A stretch of DNA of 63,960 bases, counting the filler, from Circinaria calcarea (Eukaryota): assembly GCA_051942165.1 (NCBI GenBank). It is 3 parts of 3 records of this genome, joined end to end, with 100 filler letters (N's around TTAATTAATTAA, not from the genome) between each part and the next. Parts side by side here need not be neighbours in the genome. Positions count along the whole stretch, not along the records: positions 21,790 to 43,337 come from JAVECS010000139.1; positions 43,438 to 63,960 come from JAVECS010000173.1; 1 more part is not named here. One strand, 5' to 3'. The translations under genes were made by a program, and so were the position numbers. The notes beneath the pieces were generated by a model that searched no databases, was not told the origin of the DNA, and saw only the letters and a program-made list of their open reading frames with translations. Numbering within the stretch: the stretch's first letter is position 1; each line of letters begins with the position of its first letter. Shown here in pieces: positions 37,120-48,925 of this stretch.

Positions 37120-37598
37120 CTGTATCAGCTATCAGCGCCACGCTAAAACCGCTAATGCTTTTGGGTTAATCGACTGATCTTACTAGTAGACAGCGAGGCT
37201 CTGGCTGTATTACTATGGTAGGCACTGATTTATCAGCGTGGCGCTAATAGCTGATGCCCATAATGCTGACAAACTAGGTGAATACCGTGCCTTGCCGGCT
37301 CGGGTCGACACGTGGCTTAAGGTTTGCAGCTTCCGATTGGAAAGGAGGTATACTCTAACCAATCAGGAGCTCTTCCGATCAAGGCTGGGTCGACCCCAGC
37401 TGCAAGGCGCAGCCTTATCTTCAACCCCGTATAATATGGTACGTCTATACCATGGTTACAAGGGTAATAGCTGTTAGCTTTACGCTAGTAAATCAAATGT
37501 CCAAGGTAATTAGAGCCTCGTTATCCACCAATAAAATCAGAAAGTCAGCCAAAAATGTTAGTGGCTTTAGCGTGGCGTTAACAGCTAATTCCCCCGAG
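37120..37598. mobile_element. ~480-bp foldback/MITE-like element with ~130-bp diverged inverted arms, flanked by TA
   Basis: 37124-37256 aligns with the reverse complement of 37464-37589, mostly with transition differences. TA dinucleotides at 37118-19 and 37599-600 are a possible target-site duplication. Confidence 0.7.
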
Positions 37599-37897
37599 TA
37601 CAAAGAGCTCGGGCTAGAATCAAATCCCACAGATTGTACCAACAGCAGATATCAGTGCGACTGTTGGTGGCTGTGGCACACCCTTGGCATTTTCGATCTG
37701 GTCCAGTGTTATGGAGAGAGAGCAGAACCAAAAGGTGCTTTAGTCGAGGTTTACGCCTGCTTTCAAAACAACGCGGAAACAGAACTAATGGCAGCCGACG
37801 CTGCTCGAACCGAAATCACGACCAAATGAACAGCGCCACCCACTACAACTCGGTCTATCAATCCTCATTGATACTAGATCTGGAGCGTCCGCTTTGA

Positions 37898-39884
37898 CTA
37901 CTGCTCGCTGACAACGCCCCTTTTCTTTCTAATCCTAAACGGGACCTTCCCGATGGGATGCTGCCCTCCAAACCCATAGAACAATGGATTCATCCTCAGT
38001 GCGTCGTCCCCGGCCAGGATCTCCATATCAAACATGGTCACCATCATGGCGCAGGTTGCAATCATCACGTGTTTGGAATAGAACCGGCCTGGACAAGATC
38101 GTGTGCCACCTCCATATGGTATCCACATCCCCTCTGTCCCGGCAATAGTGTATTCTGGTGCCTCCTCCTCCTTGGCAGCCCGAGCTGTGGGCATTTTAGC
38201 TTCATCTTGGGTAGCTTGCGAGGAGACGGGTGGTGCAACATGTTTGTGTGGACCGCTCTGAGGGTCATTACCGTAGACAAGAAAGCGGTCTGCCCAGAAT
38301 TGGTCAACTGGATGAAGCCCGTTCTTGGTGTTCCAGAATGTCTTATCCATATGAGATGGTCCGGTGGCTACCAGGACAACCTTTTCTTTGGGAAGTACCC
38401 AATTGTTTATTTGTAGCTCTTCGTTCCCGGTGTAACGCACAGCATACACGTGTATCCGAAGACGAAGAGTTTCGGCGTAGACTGATTTGAGAAGTGGCAG
38501 CGCTTGGGTGGTTTGACTGTCGAATTTCATCTGGAGAACTGCGTCGTCATTCGAGAACGATGTTTCGAGTTCGTTGCGGACTCGAGCAAGAGTAATAGGG
38601 TTTTTGAAAGTTTCCAAAATCATCCACATAGTTGAAGGGACGATATTTGTGTTTGCACTAAAACAAGAAAGTTGTTAGTATAATATAATATACCGAGAAT
38701 GGTTGTAAGTCTTACGTCCAGATAAGGCCTAGATCAGAAGAAGCGTAGGCTTCGTAATCGAATTCTTTAATACCTTCAAACACCCCTTGGCGATCTTTCA
38801 TGAAATCAGATCCCCACCAAGAATCGAAGTCTTTATCTTGAATAATATTATTATCCTTAGTTTTTTTTCTTGCAGTAGCATGCCACTCCTTGATATTGGA
38901 AAGAATTTTCCTCCGGATAGCATATGCTTGTGGCATCATCCATTCCGGGATACACTTCGAACGCTTAGGTTGTCCATAGTGATAGTCCTTCAAATCCTGC
39001 ATGAAATTTGGATTGATTTTCCGTAAAGTAGGACCGCACATAGATTCGAGGACGGCAGATCCAAAATGTTCAGAGACAAAGTCCATTAAGTCGGGCATTT
39101 CAACCCAATCTTCGCCGAGGTCTAAAGATTGAAGATTTTTCAAAAAGATGCTAGCCCACCGCTCATACCACTTTGCAAGTCCGGCGCCACCCATGAATTT
39201 AAGCATAGAAGTATGAGTGAGATGGTGAATCCGATGATGAGGTGATACGTTACTACCGGGCAAGGGCTGAGCTTTGATACCAGAGTTATCCAAGGCATAA
39301 ACCTCGATAGCTTCCTCGGGCATACCGAACAGATGTTTGAGAAAGAAAAGGTGTATTCTTGTGCCCGGAACTAGTGTGGACTTCTTCCATAGGGTCACGA
39401 TATTCTCAGCTCCTTGTAAGAAGTAGAGGCTACTTCCGCCTGGTAAAGCCACCCCAAAAGGATTCCTGAATCTCAATTCCCTATAGCTACGGGTTAGTAT
39501 AATAGTCTCAGGGTAGGAGAGGGGAACTGACGCGGAGGCGGTAACAAATCTACCAGGATTGAAACCAAATCCTAACGCGCTTCCAAGAAAAGGCACCATG
39601 TAAGGGATATTTGGGGGAACCTTGGCTCCTGTGCTCCTCCAATGAGTTATCTGGAAAAAAAGCCACGTGCAAGTATACTGGAAGATGAAGGGAAATGCTA
39701 GGATCAAGAACGAGACAAAAAGCTTGCGAGTGCCAATAGCAAATTCCTCTGATCGTATTAGGTTTGTAAGACTGGGTGTAAATGACTGGGATATAAGAGG
39801 GAGAATTGAGGACGAGTGAACGTGATTATCAAAAACATAATGGGAAACGTGTCCATCAAATGTGTTTGAAATGTTTGACGGCAT
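37898..39884 (-). CDS. Cytochrome P450 of the CYP7/CYP8-like (cholesterol 7-alpha-hydroxylase-like) fungal type
   Basis: PPNIPYMVPFLGSALGF, I-helix LIWT/ANTNIVP, K-helix YAETLRL, FWADRF, heme loop WIPYGGGTRSCPGR. Intron at about 38659-38713. Confidence 0.88.
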
Positions 39885-40552
39885 GATATTTGCCTAGAAG
39901 CACAGTTTACAGGTACAAAGCCAATTCGGGACAGAATGGGAGGTCGAAATAATATACACGGAAAACGATATCGGTATATATTATATGACTAGCTTCTGTA
40001 CCACCTAGCGGCGAGATACCCAACCTGCAAATTGTATACATGTTTACACGCGTGATCTAGATCAAAGGTCCGACGGCGTGGAAAAGCCAAAAAACCAGCG
40101 GAGGTGATTAGGGCGTTGGGCTGAAGTGGCACGGTAGAATGATGCGGCGATAACACCCCGAGTAGTCGAATTCCGTGTGTTGGCGGGGACGAATGGTCTC
40201 TACCGTAAAGCGCCAAGCCTGCAGGAATAGAACCAACATTGTTGTGGAATCTAGGATGGCGAGCCATTTCGCTCGGCATAGAATGACCCTGTAATAAGAG
40301 TCAGCAGACATTCCTATCATGATGATGGTTCGACGGTCTTCCTATTGCGCCGCGCCAATGCCCAAATGCACTCAGTACCCCAATACATGAATAGTATCCC
40401 GCCATTGATTCGTACAGGTTGCAGCTTTACCTCTACCCGGTCCTGCAGAGCTCTCCTTTAAATTTGAGTTGGGATCTTTTACGTACCTTCCCATCCCTTG
40501 GACCTACTTTGTCATCCTATCTCTTTTAATTAAACACTGCACGTTTAGTAAC

Positions 40553-41901
40553 ATGAGTACCGCTTTTGATCCAGTCACAAATGATGAGAAGATTTTTAGC
40601 GCTGGGAGGATCCACTACAGAGCATTCAAGGTTGGAATGCTCATAGACACCTTTTACAACTATGGCTGACCCTTTCTCGACACCTTAGGTCTCCATCGGG
40701 GTGCTTTATGGCATCGCAGTGATTACAGTGATTATACGTATCGCTTCTCGCCTGTCCAGCCGCTATCGAATATATCTTGACGATGTTCTTTTGTTGTTTG
40801 CCTTCATCTGCCTTACTGCTGCGACAGGCATGGTCTACCATTTCGGATACAAGCTCTGGTATAATGAAGCTTACAAGCTGGATCCTACGGCCGTGATCTC
40901 GCTCTCGCAGATACTAGCCCTGATGTTTTCTCTGCCTCATATTGATGCATTCCTTGCCCTCACATGGACCTGTATATTCTCCGTCAAATTTTGTTTTTTG
41001 GCCCTTTTTCGGTTACTTATCCGACGCGTTTCGAAGTCTATCACCATATACTATTGGTCTGTGGTTGGATTCTGTTTCCTCACTTGGATGTTTCTTGTCG
41101 GTGAGGCGTTTATACTATGCCCCTATTTCGGGTATGAAGCTAGTGGGTACACCTCAAATAATGTAAGCAGCGGTTTCGAGGGTTAACTCTAATCTGGAAC
41201 AGTCAAATGCACACCGGAAACACCTTATGTTTTGACATTGGCTCTAACAAGCTTCATCACGGTTCTGGATATCTGTACTGATATCATGAGTAAGTCCTTA
41301 TCTCAGAATATCGATTTTCTGCTGATCATGTACTGTACCAGTCGTCAGTATCCCGGTCATTCTACTTCGGAAAACTCAAATGAAGGTATCCCAGAAGGCT
41401 GGCTTGGGTATATTTCTCTGCCTTTCTTGCGTGATGATAATGGCGGCTCTCACTCGCGCCGCCGGTTACCGTATCCGGGGCGTCCTCGACTTTACATGGG
41501 AGATTTACTGGATGTGGACAGAAAGCTGCATTGCAGTTATCATGGGCTCAGTAGCAGCTTTCCGCACCTTGTTCGTTCAGGACCATAACAGAATCGCCGA
41601 AGCACAGCACAAAAGCCCGTCATACTTGATGCATCAAAGACTTCTGCGGAAGTGGAAAAGGTCACAGGAGTCTAGCTTGGAGGATGGCGAACAGGGAGAC
41701 CTGCCTCAAATTCCATCGGCAACTCTTACAGGGTTGAGAAGCTTTGTTCGCAGAAATCATCGCTCGGCTGGAGCGACGACGATCATCAGATCCGAATTTG
41801 ACAGCTTCGACGAACCCGTAGCGAACAGAGAGAAACGTGGGAATCACATTTACCACAGTACGGAATGGGATGTGAGGAGCAGTCATGCAAACAACGATTA
41901 A
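40553..41901 (+). CDS. PTH11-like / fungal rhodopsin-domain integral membrane protein, multi-exon
   Basis: RIYLDDVLLLFA, W.CIFSVKFCFLALFRLLIRRV, DICTDIM/IVSIPVILLRKTQMKVSQK, ESCIAVIMGSVAAFRTLF. Confidence 0.85.
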
Positions 41902-42073
41902 ACGCATTGAATTTCCACTTACATGGTTGTTCCTGTGGCGTTCTCGGAACCTTTGATTAAGACCAATGTCGGTGGGAAGGATGGGGTGTGGATGCGGAGA
42001 GATAGGCGGGAGAGCGGATTCTATCTAGTGCCTCTCGAATTTTAGTTTTGAGAGACCGTAGAGAGCGCAACAA

Positions 42074-42375
42074 TTGGGGGGTTTTGTTTTTTCTAGTAAG
42101 AACAATGTTACGCACGGTAGCCCGGCACCGATACTCTAAGCCAGATGTCGTAAAGCCCAGGTGGCAGGCCTACCTTGTTGGCGCAGAATTTGAGCCGGTA
42201 TATTGGCCAGAAGGGCTCCACTAGCATAATATAGCTCCGTTGTGGATGTACAATAGAGCTATGTAAAGCCAGGCGGGGGTGGCCTTGCAAACGAGATATC
42301 GATTGGCTGAGAGCACTGTTATTCCGGGCCTACCTAACATCCTCCGAGCATAATAAAAAAAACAAAACCCCCCAA
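42074..42375 (+). mobile_element. ~300-bp non-autonomous inverted-repeat (MITE-like) element, copy 2
   Basis: Perfect 19-bp terminal inverted repeat TTGGGGGGTTTTGTTTTTT (42074-92) / AAAAAACAAAACCCCCCAA (42357-75), with a degenerate extension inward. Hairpin at 42232-42261. Homologous to 15063-15368. Confidence 0.75.
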
Positions 42376-42804
42376 ATTAGCACCCGCGTTGTAGGGGCGA
42401 AGGAATGGTCAAGCTGTTAGCTGAGATTGAAGACAATCTGAAACATAGCTGCTATGGCTATCGATACTCCGCGCACACCATTGCAAGGGGTAGGCATCAC
42501 TCTGTGCAGCAGCACTATCCAAGGAAGTAGAGCTGCGCCTCTTTGAAGTGCTGTTTAGGCAAAGACCCTACCTCAGCTGGATCAATGCACGCGCTGTTTC
42601 GCACCGCACATCCTTTTCCTTCTCAAAAGATACAATCTCTGTTCTCTTTCCCAATCCACCATCATTAATAAGCTACAGCTCGATATGTAAGTGTGCCAAT
42701 GTATTCAGCTGTTCTCCAAATTATCCGTCTAATAATCATCTTAGGATTCTACCGTTTTACATACACAATCAGCCATCCCGCTCTTAGCCCAGGCAAAGGT
42801 CCCT

Positions 42805-43337
42805 ATGGCTTTCTACTACGCGGCCTACCGGCTCTTGCTCACAGCTGTGTTGCCGGTGCTCACGACCGCTTTAGTTTATGCTCTGACTCAGGGATGGCGG
42901 TCTAGGAGTCTCTTTGTGAGGCTACGCAAGCAAGGCATGGTGAGAAGCAGTCCAATGATTGATCCTCGGTCATCGATTCTAACAGCTGTACAGCCAATGC
43001 CAGAACACAGCTTGGCAGCTGGCCACCTACTGGCTGTTAAAGAAGCTCTCGACAAATTTCCTAAAGGCGCTCATCCTACTTTGGCGTTCGGCCAGCTCTC
43101 AAAGAGCTTTCCTAAATCGGGGGTGTTCTACATGGATCTATGGCCCGTTGGTGTACCTTTCATGATTGTTACCTCCCCAACCTTGGCCATCCAGGCAACT
43201 CAAACAAGTAGCATTGCGTTGACGCGACCCATCGAACTCCAAAACTGGTTTCGGTCTATCACCGGGGGTCCTGCCATGTTTGATATGTCAGTTGAGGAGT
43301 GGAAGCCATGGAGGGCACTTTTCAATCCAGGCTACAG
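42805..43337 (+). CDS. Cytochrome P450, N-terminal part only (StcS/VerA-like appearance), cut by the contig end
   Basis: TM anchor, intron at about 42940-42993, then PMPEHSLAAGHLL, FYMDLWP and EEWKPWRALFNPGYS. The heme motif is not within the contig. Confidence 0.75.
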
Positions 43338-43437
43338 NNNNNNNNNNNNNNNNNNNNNNNNNNNNNNNNNNNNNNNNNNNNTTAATTAATTAANNNNNNN
43401 NNNNNNNNNNNNNNNNNNNNNNNNNNNNNNNNNNNNN
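43338..43437. other. Artificial contig-join spacer (N44-TTAATTAATTAA-N44)
   Basis: Same 100-nt six-frame-stop linker as 21690-21789. Genes on both sides are truncated at it. Confidence 0.97.
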
Positions 43438-43611
43438 GTCAGGTGGGTGAGGTCCATGATTCTCCTTTGTCGTGTGTTCTCTATTTGTGAGGACTTCCGG
43501 TAGGGTAGCTCCTTCCTTTGAGAAGGAACCAGCCGGTATTGCTGAGCTGTGAGGAACACGTAAAGCGAGGCTCCAAACAGTCGATAAGCCAATTAGTGGT
43601 AGGATCTTCAT
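43438..43611 (-). CDS. N-terminal fragment of a probable secreted protein, truncated by the contig edge
   Basis: MKILPLIGLSTVWSLA signal-like start; the frame is open into the spacer. Confidence 0.5.
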
Positions 43612-45654
43612 GTCGCTGTGTACGGATCTTCTGGGAAGAGGCGAACGCCCAACACAGAGGAATAGAGGAATAACCGGTATCGCAACCTACTATAAAGCAT
43701 GAGGAATGTATGCAGGAACATCTTATAACAACTCGTTATAACAGGGACTTATCGATTGGGCGAGACTTGATACAACACTCGCATCTGGGGGAGAGATGGG
43801 GGTGTCGTGGGTGACCTAGCCGCTCAAGCGACACCAGAAGTGATGTGAACAAACAATATTCCTCAAGTATCGCACGTATCCTAGCCAGAAATATTGCTCC
43901 GCCCCCCACGTTGGCTCACTGAAGGTTTGGGGTGAGCAACAAGATATAAGCTACTCCTTGCATCCTCGAAACACGTGTAGGATCGAGGAGATTTTTTCAG
44001 CCTTGTTCCACGAACAGACACTTCGGCATGCCCCTACATTTCTTAAGTTAAGGAAAGCTGAAACCCTAATAAGAAAAACTTGCTAAGTTGAACGGAGCAA
44101 TGCCCGACCGCCAAGACGAGTGTAACTGGTGTTATCAGACCGTAGCTTTTCAAAACATATCGTCGTTTCTCGTATTGACATCTTGCGCGCCTCTCGCAAT
44201 GCTTGTTATCAAATTCGCTAGTCTTGAGAAAGATAGCATGGAATCCTAATCTACCACGACTGCGCTTGCAAGAGTGCTAGAAGACAATGGAGTGGTGATG
44301 CAAAAAAAGGAAGCTCTTATGCAGCACGTAGAGAGAGGGCGGTCTTCGCCGGCTTAAATGCACGAAATCATATTTGGTTGAACTGATACTTTCTGTGTGC
44401 TGACTAGGACAGAATAAGGTCTGGCGGGCGTGTCCTATTCGGCTGGCACAGGGTGCCCGTTGTGGGTGCTTGAGAGTCAGATCAATCATTTCATCCTTCA
44501 TGAACATTGATCCTGATCCAGTTGTCTGCATGCGACTTGCGCAGAGATGCACAAAGACTAAGAGATGACCTTCCCATACTGAGATGAGGCCTTGGTGAGG
44601 TCTCAGAAACTTATAACGAGAGGTAACAGTAAAGATCTTGGAAAGAGAAGTGGTTTCCAGGAGACTACTATGCATTGACTCTTTGGCGCTAAGCCCAGTC
44701 CTTGATGCCAAATTACTGTGGTAAAGAAAACATGGCTACGGCCGTGGGATCGAAGGCAAACACGTGGAACCCACTGGATCGGAACGCGGATAGATCACCC
44801 TTGGCAATCAAGGGACCACTAGCGCCGATCGAGCTCGGCTTTAATTCTATTTTGGATTTGCTGCTACCGGAACGACCCCTCTGTCTTTGACTTATGGAAA
44901 TATGTCCTTTCATATGATCACGTCTGATCTGTGAATCATGATATCGTAGTCAATCGTACGATACACAGATTGATATATTATCGAGTGTTATATAGTGGAA
45001 GTATGGTATGGCCTCGGCATACCGAGGACTACCATGTGGTACTAGAGATAGATAACTATCATTGTGTGGCAGGTGGGTCCGCATGCATGTCCTTATTTCT
45101 TGCTACTTCCCTAGAAGTCTTCTGCAAGTCCCATAAAGTGACCAAGAAGAATATCTTCCTGTAAGGTGGGATCTTCAGCCAACTCGTTGTTATATATGAT
45201 CTTTCGTCATAGCATCCTTCCGCATGCTAGCGAAAGTTGCACATGGTCATTCGAAAATGCATGTACTAGTGACCCGTGGGTCGGCTCGGGCTATCAATCA
45301 TTACCGAACAGGTCTTGGAATAGTCACCGGTATCTACCACGGGTATTGTCCGGGAACTGTGGATAGTACGATTAATCGGCCAGTATGAACTTAGGATGAG
45401 CCGTAAATCGTCTCATCTGCAGGAATCATCATATTATCAAATGCCATTAGTGTTGACATATGCCTAGAGCAGCCGACGTCTAGACCAAGTCCATAGTGAT
45501 TGGAAAGCCATGGATATTTGTACCCTAGGATGCCGATGCTCTTAGTGACTTTGTTGATGATTTCTATGCATTACTCTTCGCCTTCTTCTCTCGTAGAACT
45601 TCGTCTTCAAACATCTTCTTTCTTCAATGTGTCTTCGTGATCACCTGTCTGAAA

Positions 45655-47083
45655 ATGGCCAATTCTTCCGCACTGACTATCCCTGCGGGCTTCAGTCTCT
45701 CCATCCTGGATGGGTTTGATCTTTCAAAGCGTGACGACTTATCCCCCATCGTCATACGTCTAAATGCTGCGTTTATTGCGTTGGTTAGCCTCGTGGTCAG
45801 TCTACGTGTGTTTGTTCGACTGTCCATGGTTCGAGCGCTCGGCGTTGACGATGGTAATTGTGATGTCAATGAACTTCCCAAGACCTTGTTAACGACGACT
45901 CAGTCCTCATGGTTTTGGCTTCTTTGACGGGCATGGTCGTTTCGGGTTTAACGATATCAGGTATATAACTATCCAATAGACCTCTTTCGAAGCTGATATC
46001 TGATCGATATAGCCGTAAGCCACGGACTTGGAAAGCATGTGTGGCTAATAGCCAGCGGTCCAGAGATCATTCCTAACATAGTGTACTTGCTTCGAGTGAG
46101 TTTGTCTTTTACGAGCGAAGGCCAGCCTGTACAGAAGAGAATGGTCTTTCCTTTGTCCTGGCTGACATCATGATAGACCCTCTTTATCTGCCAAATCTTC
46201 TACTCTACCTCGATATCGCTTACCGAAGCCAGCATCATAGCCTGCTATCTACGCCATTTCCCACACCAGACCTTCCGCCGCTATATGAAGGTGATAGCCT
46301 TTATCGTCGGCGTAATGTGGATCTGTTCCATGTTCACGACGATAATCCAATGTACACCGGTCAAGGGAGCGGGGGGATTCTCGCTGATGGCGAAAAAATG
46401 TGCCAAGATGAAGGCCTTTTACTACGTTGCCGGGGTTGTCGGTATCATTATCGATATCCTACTCTGTACGCTACCGCTGCCGCTGCTGTGGAGGCTGAAG
46501 ATTTCAGTGAAGGAGAAAGTGATTGTTTCCATTCTGTTTGGGCTCGGAACTTTGTGAGTTCTCCCAGCATTGGCTTCTGGGATATCGTAACTAAGGTCCG
46601 CCATAGCGCTTGCATATCACGAATTCTCCGCTTAACGACGTTCGATGATTTGAGCGGTCGTGACATCAGTAGTGAGTGGACGTACTTAATTCCGTCCCCG
46701 TTTCCCACCAGCTGATGCATAGTCTTTCTTTCAGGCCAATCTGTCGGCCCCATACTCTGGTCCGTTGGCGAAATCGTTTGCGGCATTGTGTGCGGTTCCG
46801 TCCCTTCGTTGCGGCCGCTGTTCAAAAAGATGTTTCCCGGTCTCCCGAGCAGGCGGGCAAGCCAGACACACGAAGTTAGCCTTTTGCACGACTCTCATCT
46901 AAAACCGACTTTGCTGACAAGTGACAAAAGTTGAAGGATCTGGGTGCTAGCCACCCCGGAAGTGTCACAACGAGCATTCCAAGCGCCGGAACCAATCCAG
47001 CGTCCGAGGAAAAGGGGTCAAGTACAACAGTACCAAAGACCTCGGAATCGGAACAGGGCTCCTCGGTCGACGATCTAGTTTAG
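45655..47083 (+). CDS. PTH11-like / fungal rhodopsin-domain integral membrane protein, multi-exon
   Basis: VSLRVFVRLSMVRALGVDD, HGLGKHVW, IIQCTPV, IDILLCTLPLPLLWRLKIS..EKV, WSVGEIVCGIVCGSVPSLRPLF. Confidence 0.85.
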
Positions 47084-47721
47084 GACTGGCAAAATCTTGG
47101 GGGTTGGCACGGGATAATTTTGCGGAGTACAGGCATGGGAAATTTGATCGATAGTGCGTATAATCTCAAGTGAATTGATAGAGCTGCAGATGTCTGCTCT
47201 TTGGAACCGCTACTGTTCGAACCGCCACCCACCTTTCTTCTTTCTAACCATCTCTCCCTTCTGAACTCCTATCCTCCACTCAAACCATCTCCTTACACCC
47301 ATAACCAATACTAACCAATACTCCTCGCTACCCCGATAAACTCCATCTAACCTCTATACGCAATCCAAGCCTCCAACAACCTCACCCCCCTTTCTCCCCG
47401 CCTTCTTCCCATCCCATCTCTCTTTCCACCCATGCGACTCCTACTAACCTAACCCCCTCCTCGAAAATTCGTGCTACCGAATCGGATGCACAAAACAGGT
47501 GAAATACACACTGTGTAGAATACTTTGCCTCGAAGGGAGTTACTATTCTCCCTTTTTGGGTACAAGTGAAGGAGCTCTACTGAGAACTCCTTCTATACCG
47601 ACTGTTTTCTATCATGCACTGTCGGATCATATTGTGGCGACGAAGGGAAAAGATGTTTGATTCCCCGGATTAGCTACCGTAAATCTTAAAATTGTATATA
47701 GTGAGACTGATGCGGTGCGGC

Positions 47722-47840
47722 GTAGGGAGTAGGGAGTAGGGAGTAGGGAGTAGGGAGTAGGGAGTAGGGAGTAGGGAGTAGGGAGTAGGGAGTAGGGAGT
47801 AGGGAGTAGGGAGTAGGAAGCAAGAAGCAAGAAGCAAGAA
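47722..47840 (+). repeat. 7-bp tandem satellite (GTAGGGA)x13, GTAGGAA, (GCAAGAA)x3
   Basis: Read directly from the sequence; unbroken 7-nt periodicity over 119 bp. Confidence 0.95.
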
Positions 47841-48751
47841 GGGAGGGTGGAGATCTTTATATCGAAGCTGGGAGTGTTTATAAGATCGTTGGGTGTCTTT
47901 CTTCGGGAATGGGTAGTGGCGAAGGGGGAAGGGGGGTAGGTTGCACGGCGACATAAGGGGTTGCATGAGGCAGTTGGGAATGGGAATACAAAAGATTTTA
48001 TTCGTCCTGGCGAGTTCAGGATGACTCGAAGAGCATGATGAGATCAAATGGGATGGGATAGGATAAAACACTAGACAGGTGATCTGTGACAGGTGATGTG
48101 ATCTAGGCTACAGAATCGAATAAACCATTACATGGCCTCCTCGTTCCTCTAGGTGCGATCTTTCTGACCGTGATACGAGGCTCAACTCCAAGGACCAGTT
48201 CCAGTAAGATTCACATCATGGTCTTCTATACCAGGTCAGGACAACTGGTCATTTTCCACAAACAAGAATGAAAACTCCGCCCACGACCGCTCATCCAGTT
48301 CTAGCTCGATCATGAAAGCTCGCAAGCTTCGTCGGATTCTCTCCTAATGTGTTCAAGGTCGACAAACCTTTGCTTCGAATAAAGGAACAGACACAATGGA
48401 AAAGTCAACCAGGACAAAGGCGATAGAGACTCGTCGCCTTTGATTCACCCTGTCCGAGGACGTTTCATCTTGATTTCATTCATACTCTCCGCGTCGAACA
48501 AAGGCCCAAAGCCCCCGTTATTCTTTCCCATACAATGCCCTCTCCACTCAACAATGCTCGATTTCCTTCAACCCCCTATTTAACCTCCTAATATCCACCT
48601 CCTTCCGCTTCTCCCCCATCAAACCCCAGCTCGCGATTCCATCACATCTATCACATTCCAACCCCATCACAGTATACGGACACTCCAGAACAATCCTCTC
48701 CCTTTACAACTCCCAAAACTAAATCCCGCCTAGGATCCCGCGTCAGCGAAC

Positions 48752-48925
48752 ATGTGCGTCAACAACTACTACGCCTATACCTGCGGCTGCGTGCGCGGAG
48801 GCGAACCCTACCACTGCGCCCTTTGGTACCGCAACAAAGCCTGCGTCACCGAGGAGTTCACGAAGGCGGTCTATGAGCCTTGTTATCGCCACCAGGCGAG
48901 CAGGACTCCAGAGAGAGAGCGCTAA
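48752..48925 (+). CDS. 57-aa Cys-rich microprotein, putative Zn-binding; not in the supplied ORF track
   Basis: MCVNNYYAYTCGCVRGGEPYHCALWYRNKACVTEEFTKAVYEPCYRHQASRTPERER-stop. AACATG start context and strong C/G third-codon bias. Confidence 0.6.
   Translation: MCVNNYYAYTCGCVRGGEPYHCALWYRNKACVTEEFTKAVYEPCYRHQASRTPERER

Noticed and set aside
44277..45366. Short ORFs upstream of the third PTH11-like gene
   Set aside because: No family signal could be identified; treated as intergenic or unresolvable by eye.
28092..47083. Three PTH11-like genes as a single receptor array
   Set aside because: The third lies across an artificial contig join, and the family is large in Pezizomycotina.
47722..47840. 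CRISPR array or true telomere
   Set aside because: No spacers, eukaryotic context, internal position, and the unit is not TTAGGG.
47627..48071. ORFs encoding (LLPTPYS)n repeats, superficially like repeat-peptide (RiPP) precursors
   Set aside because: They are translations of the 7-bp satellite and give the same peptide in several frames; no signal peptide or KR processing sites.
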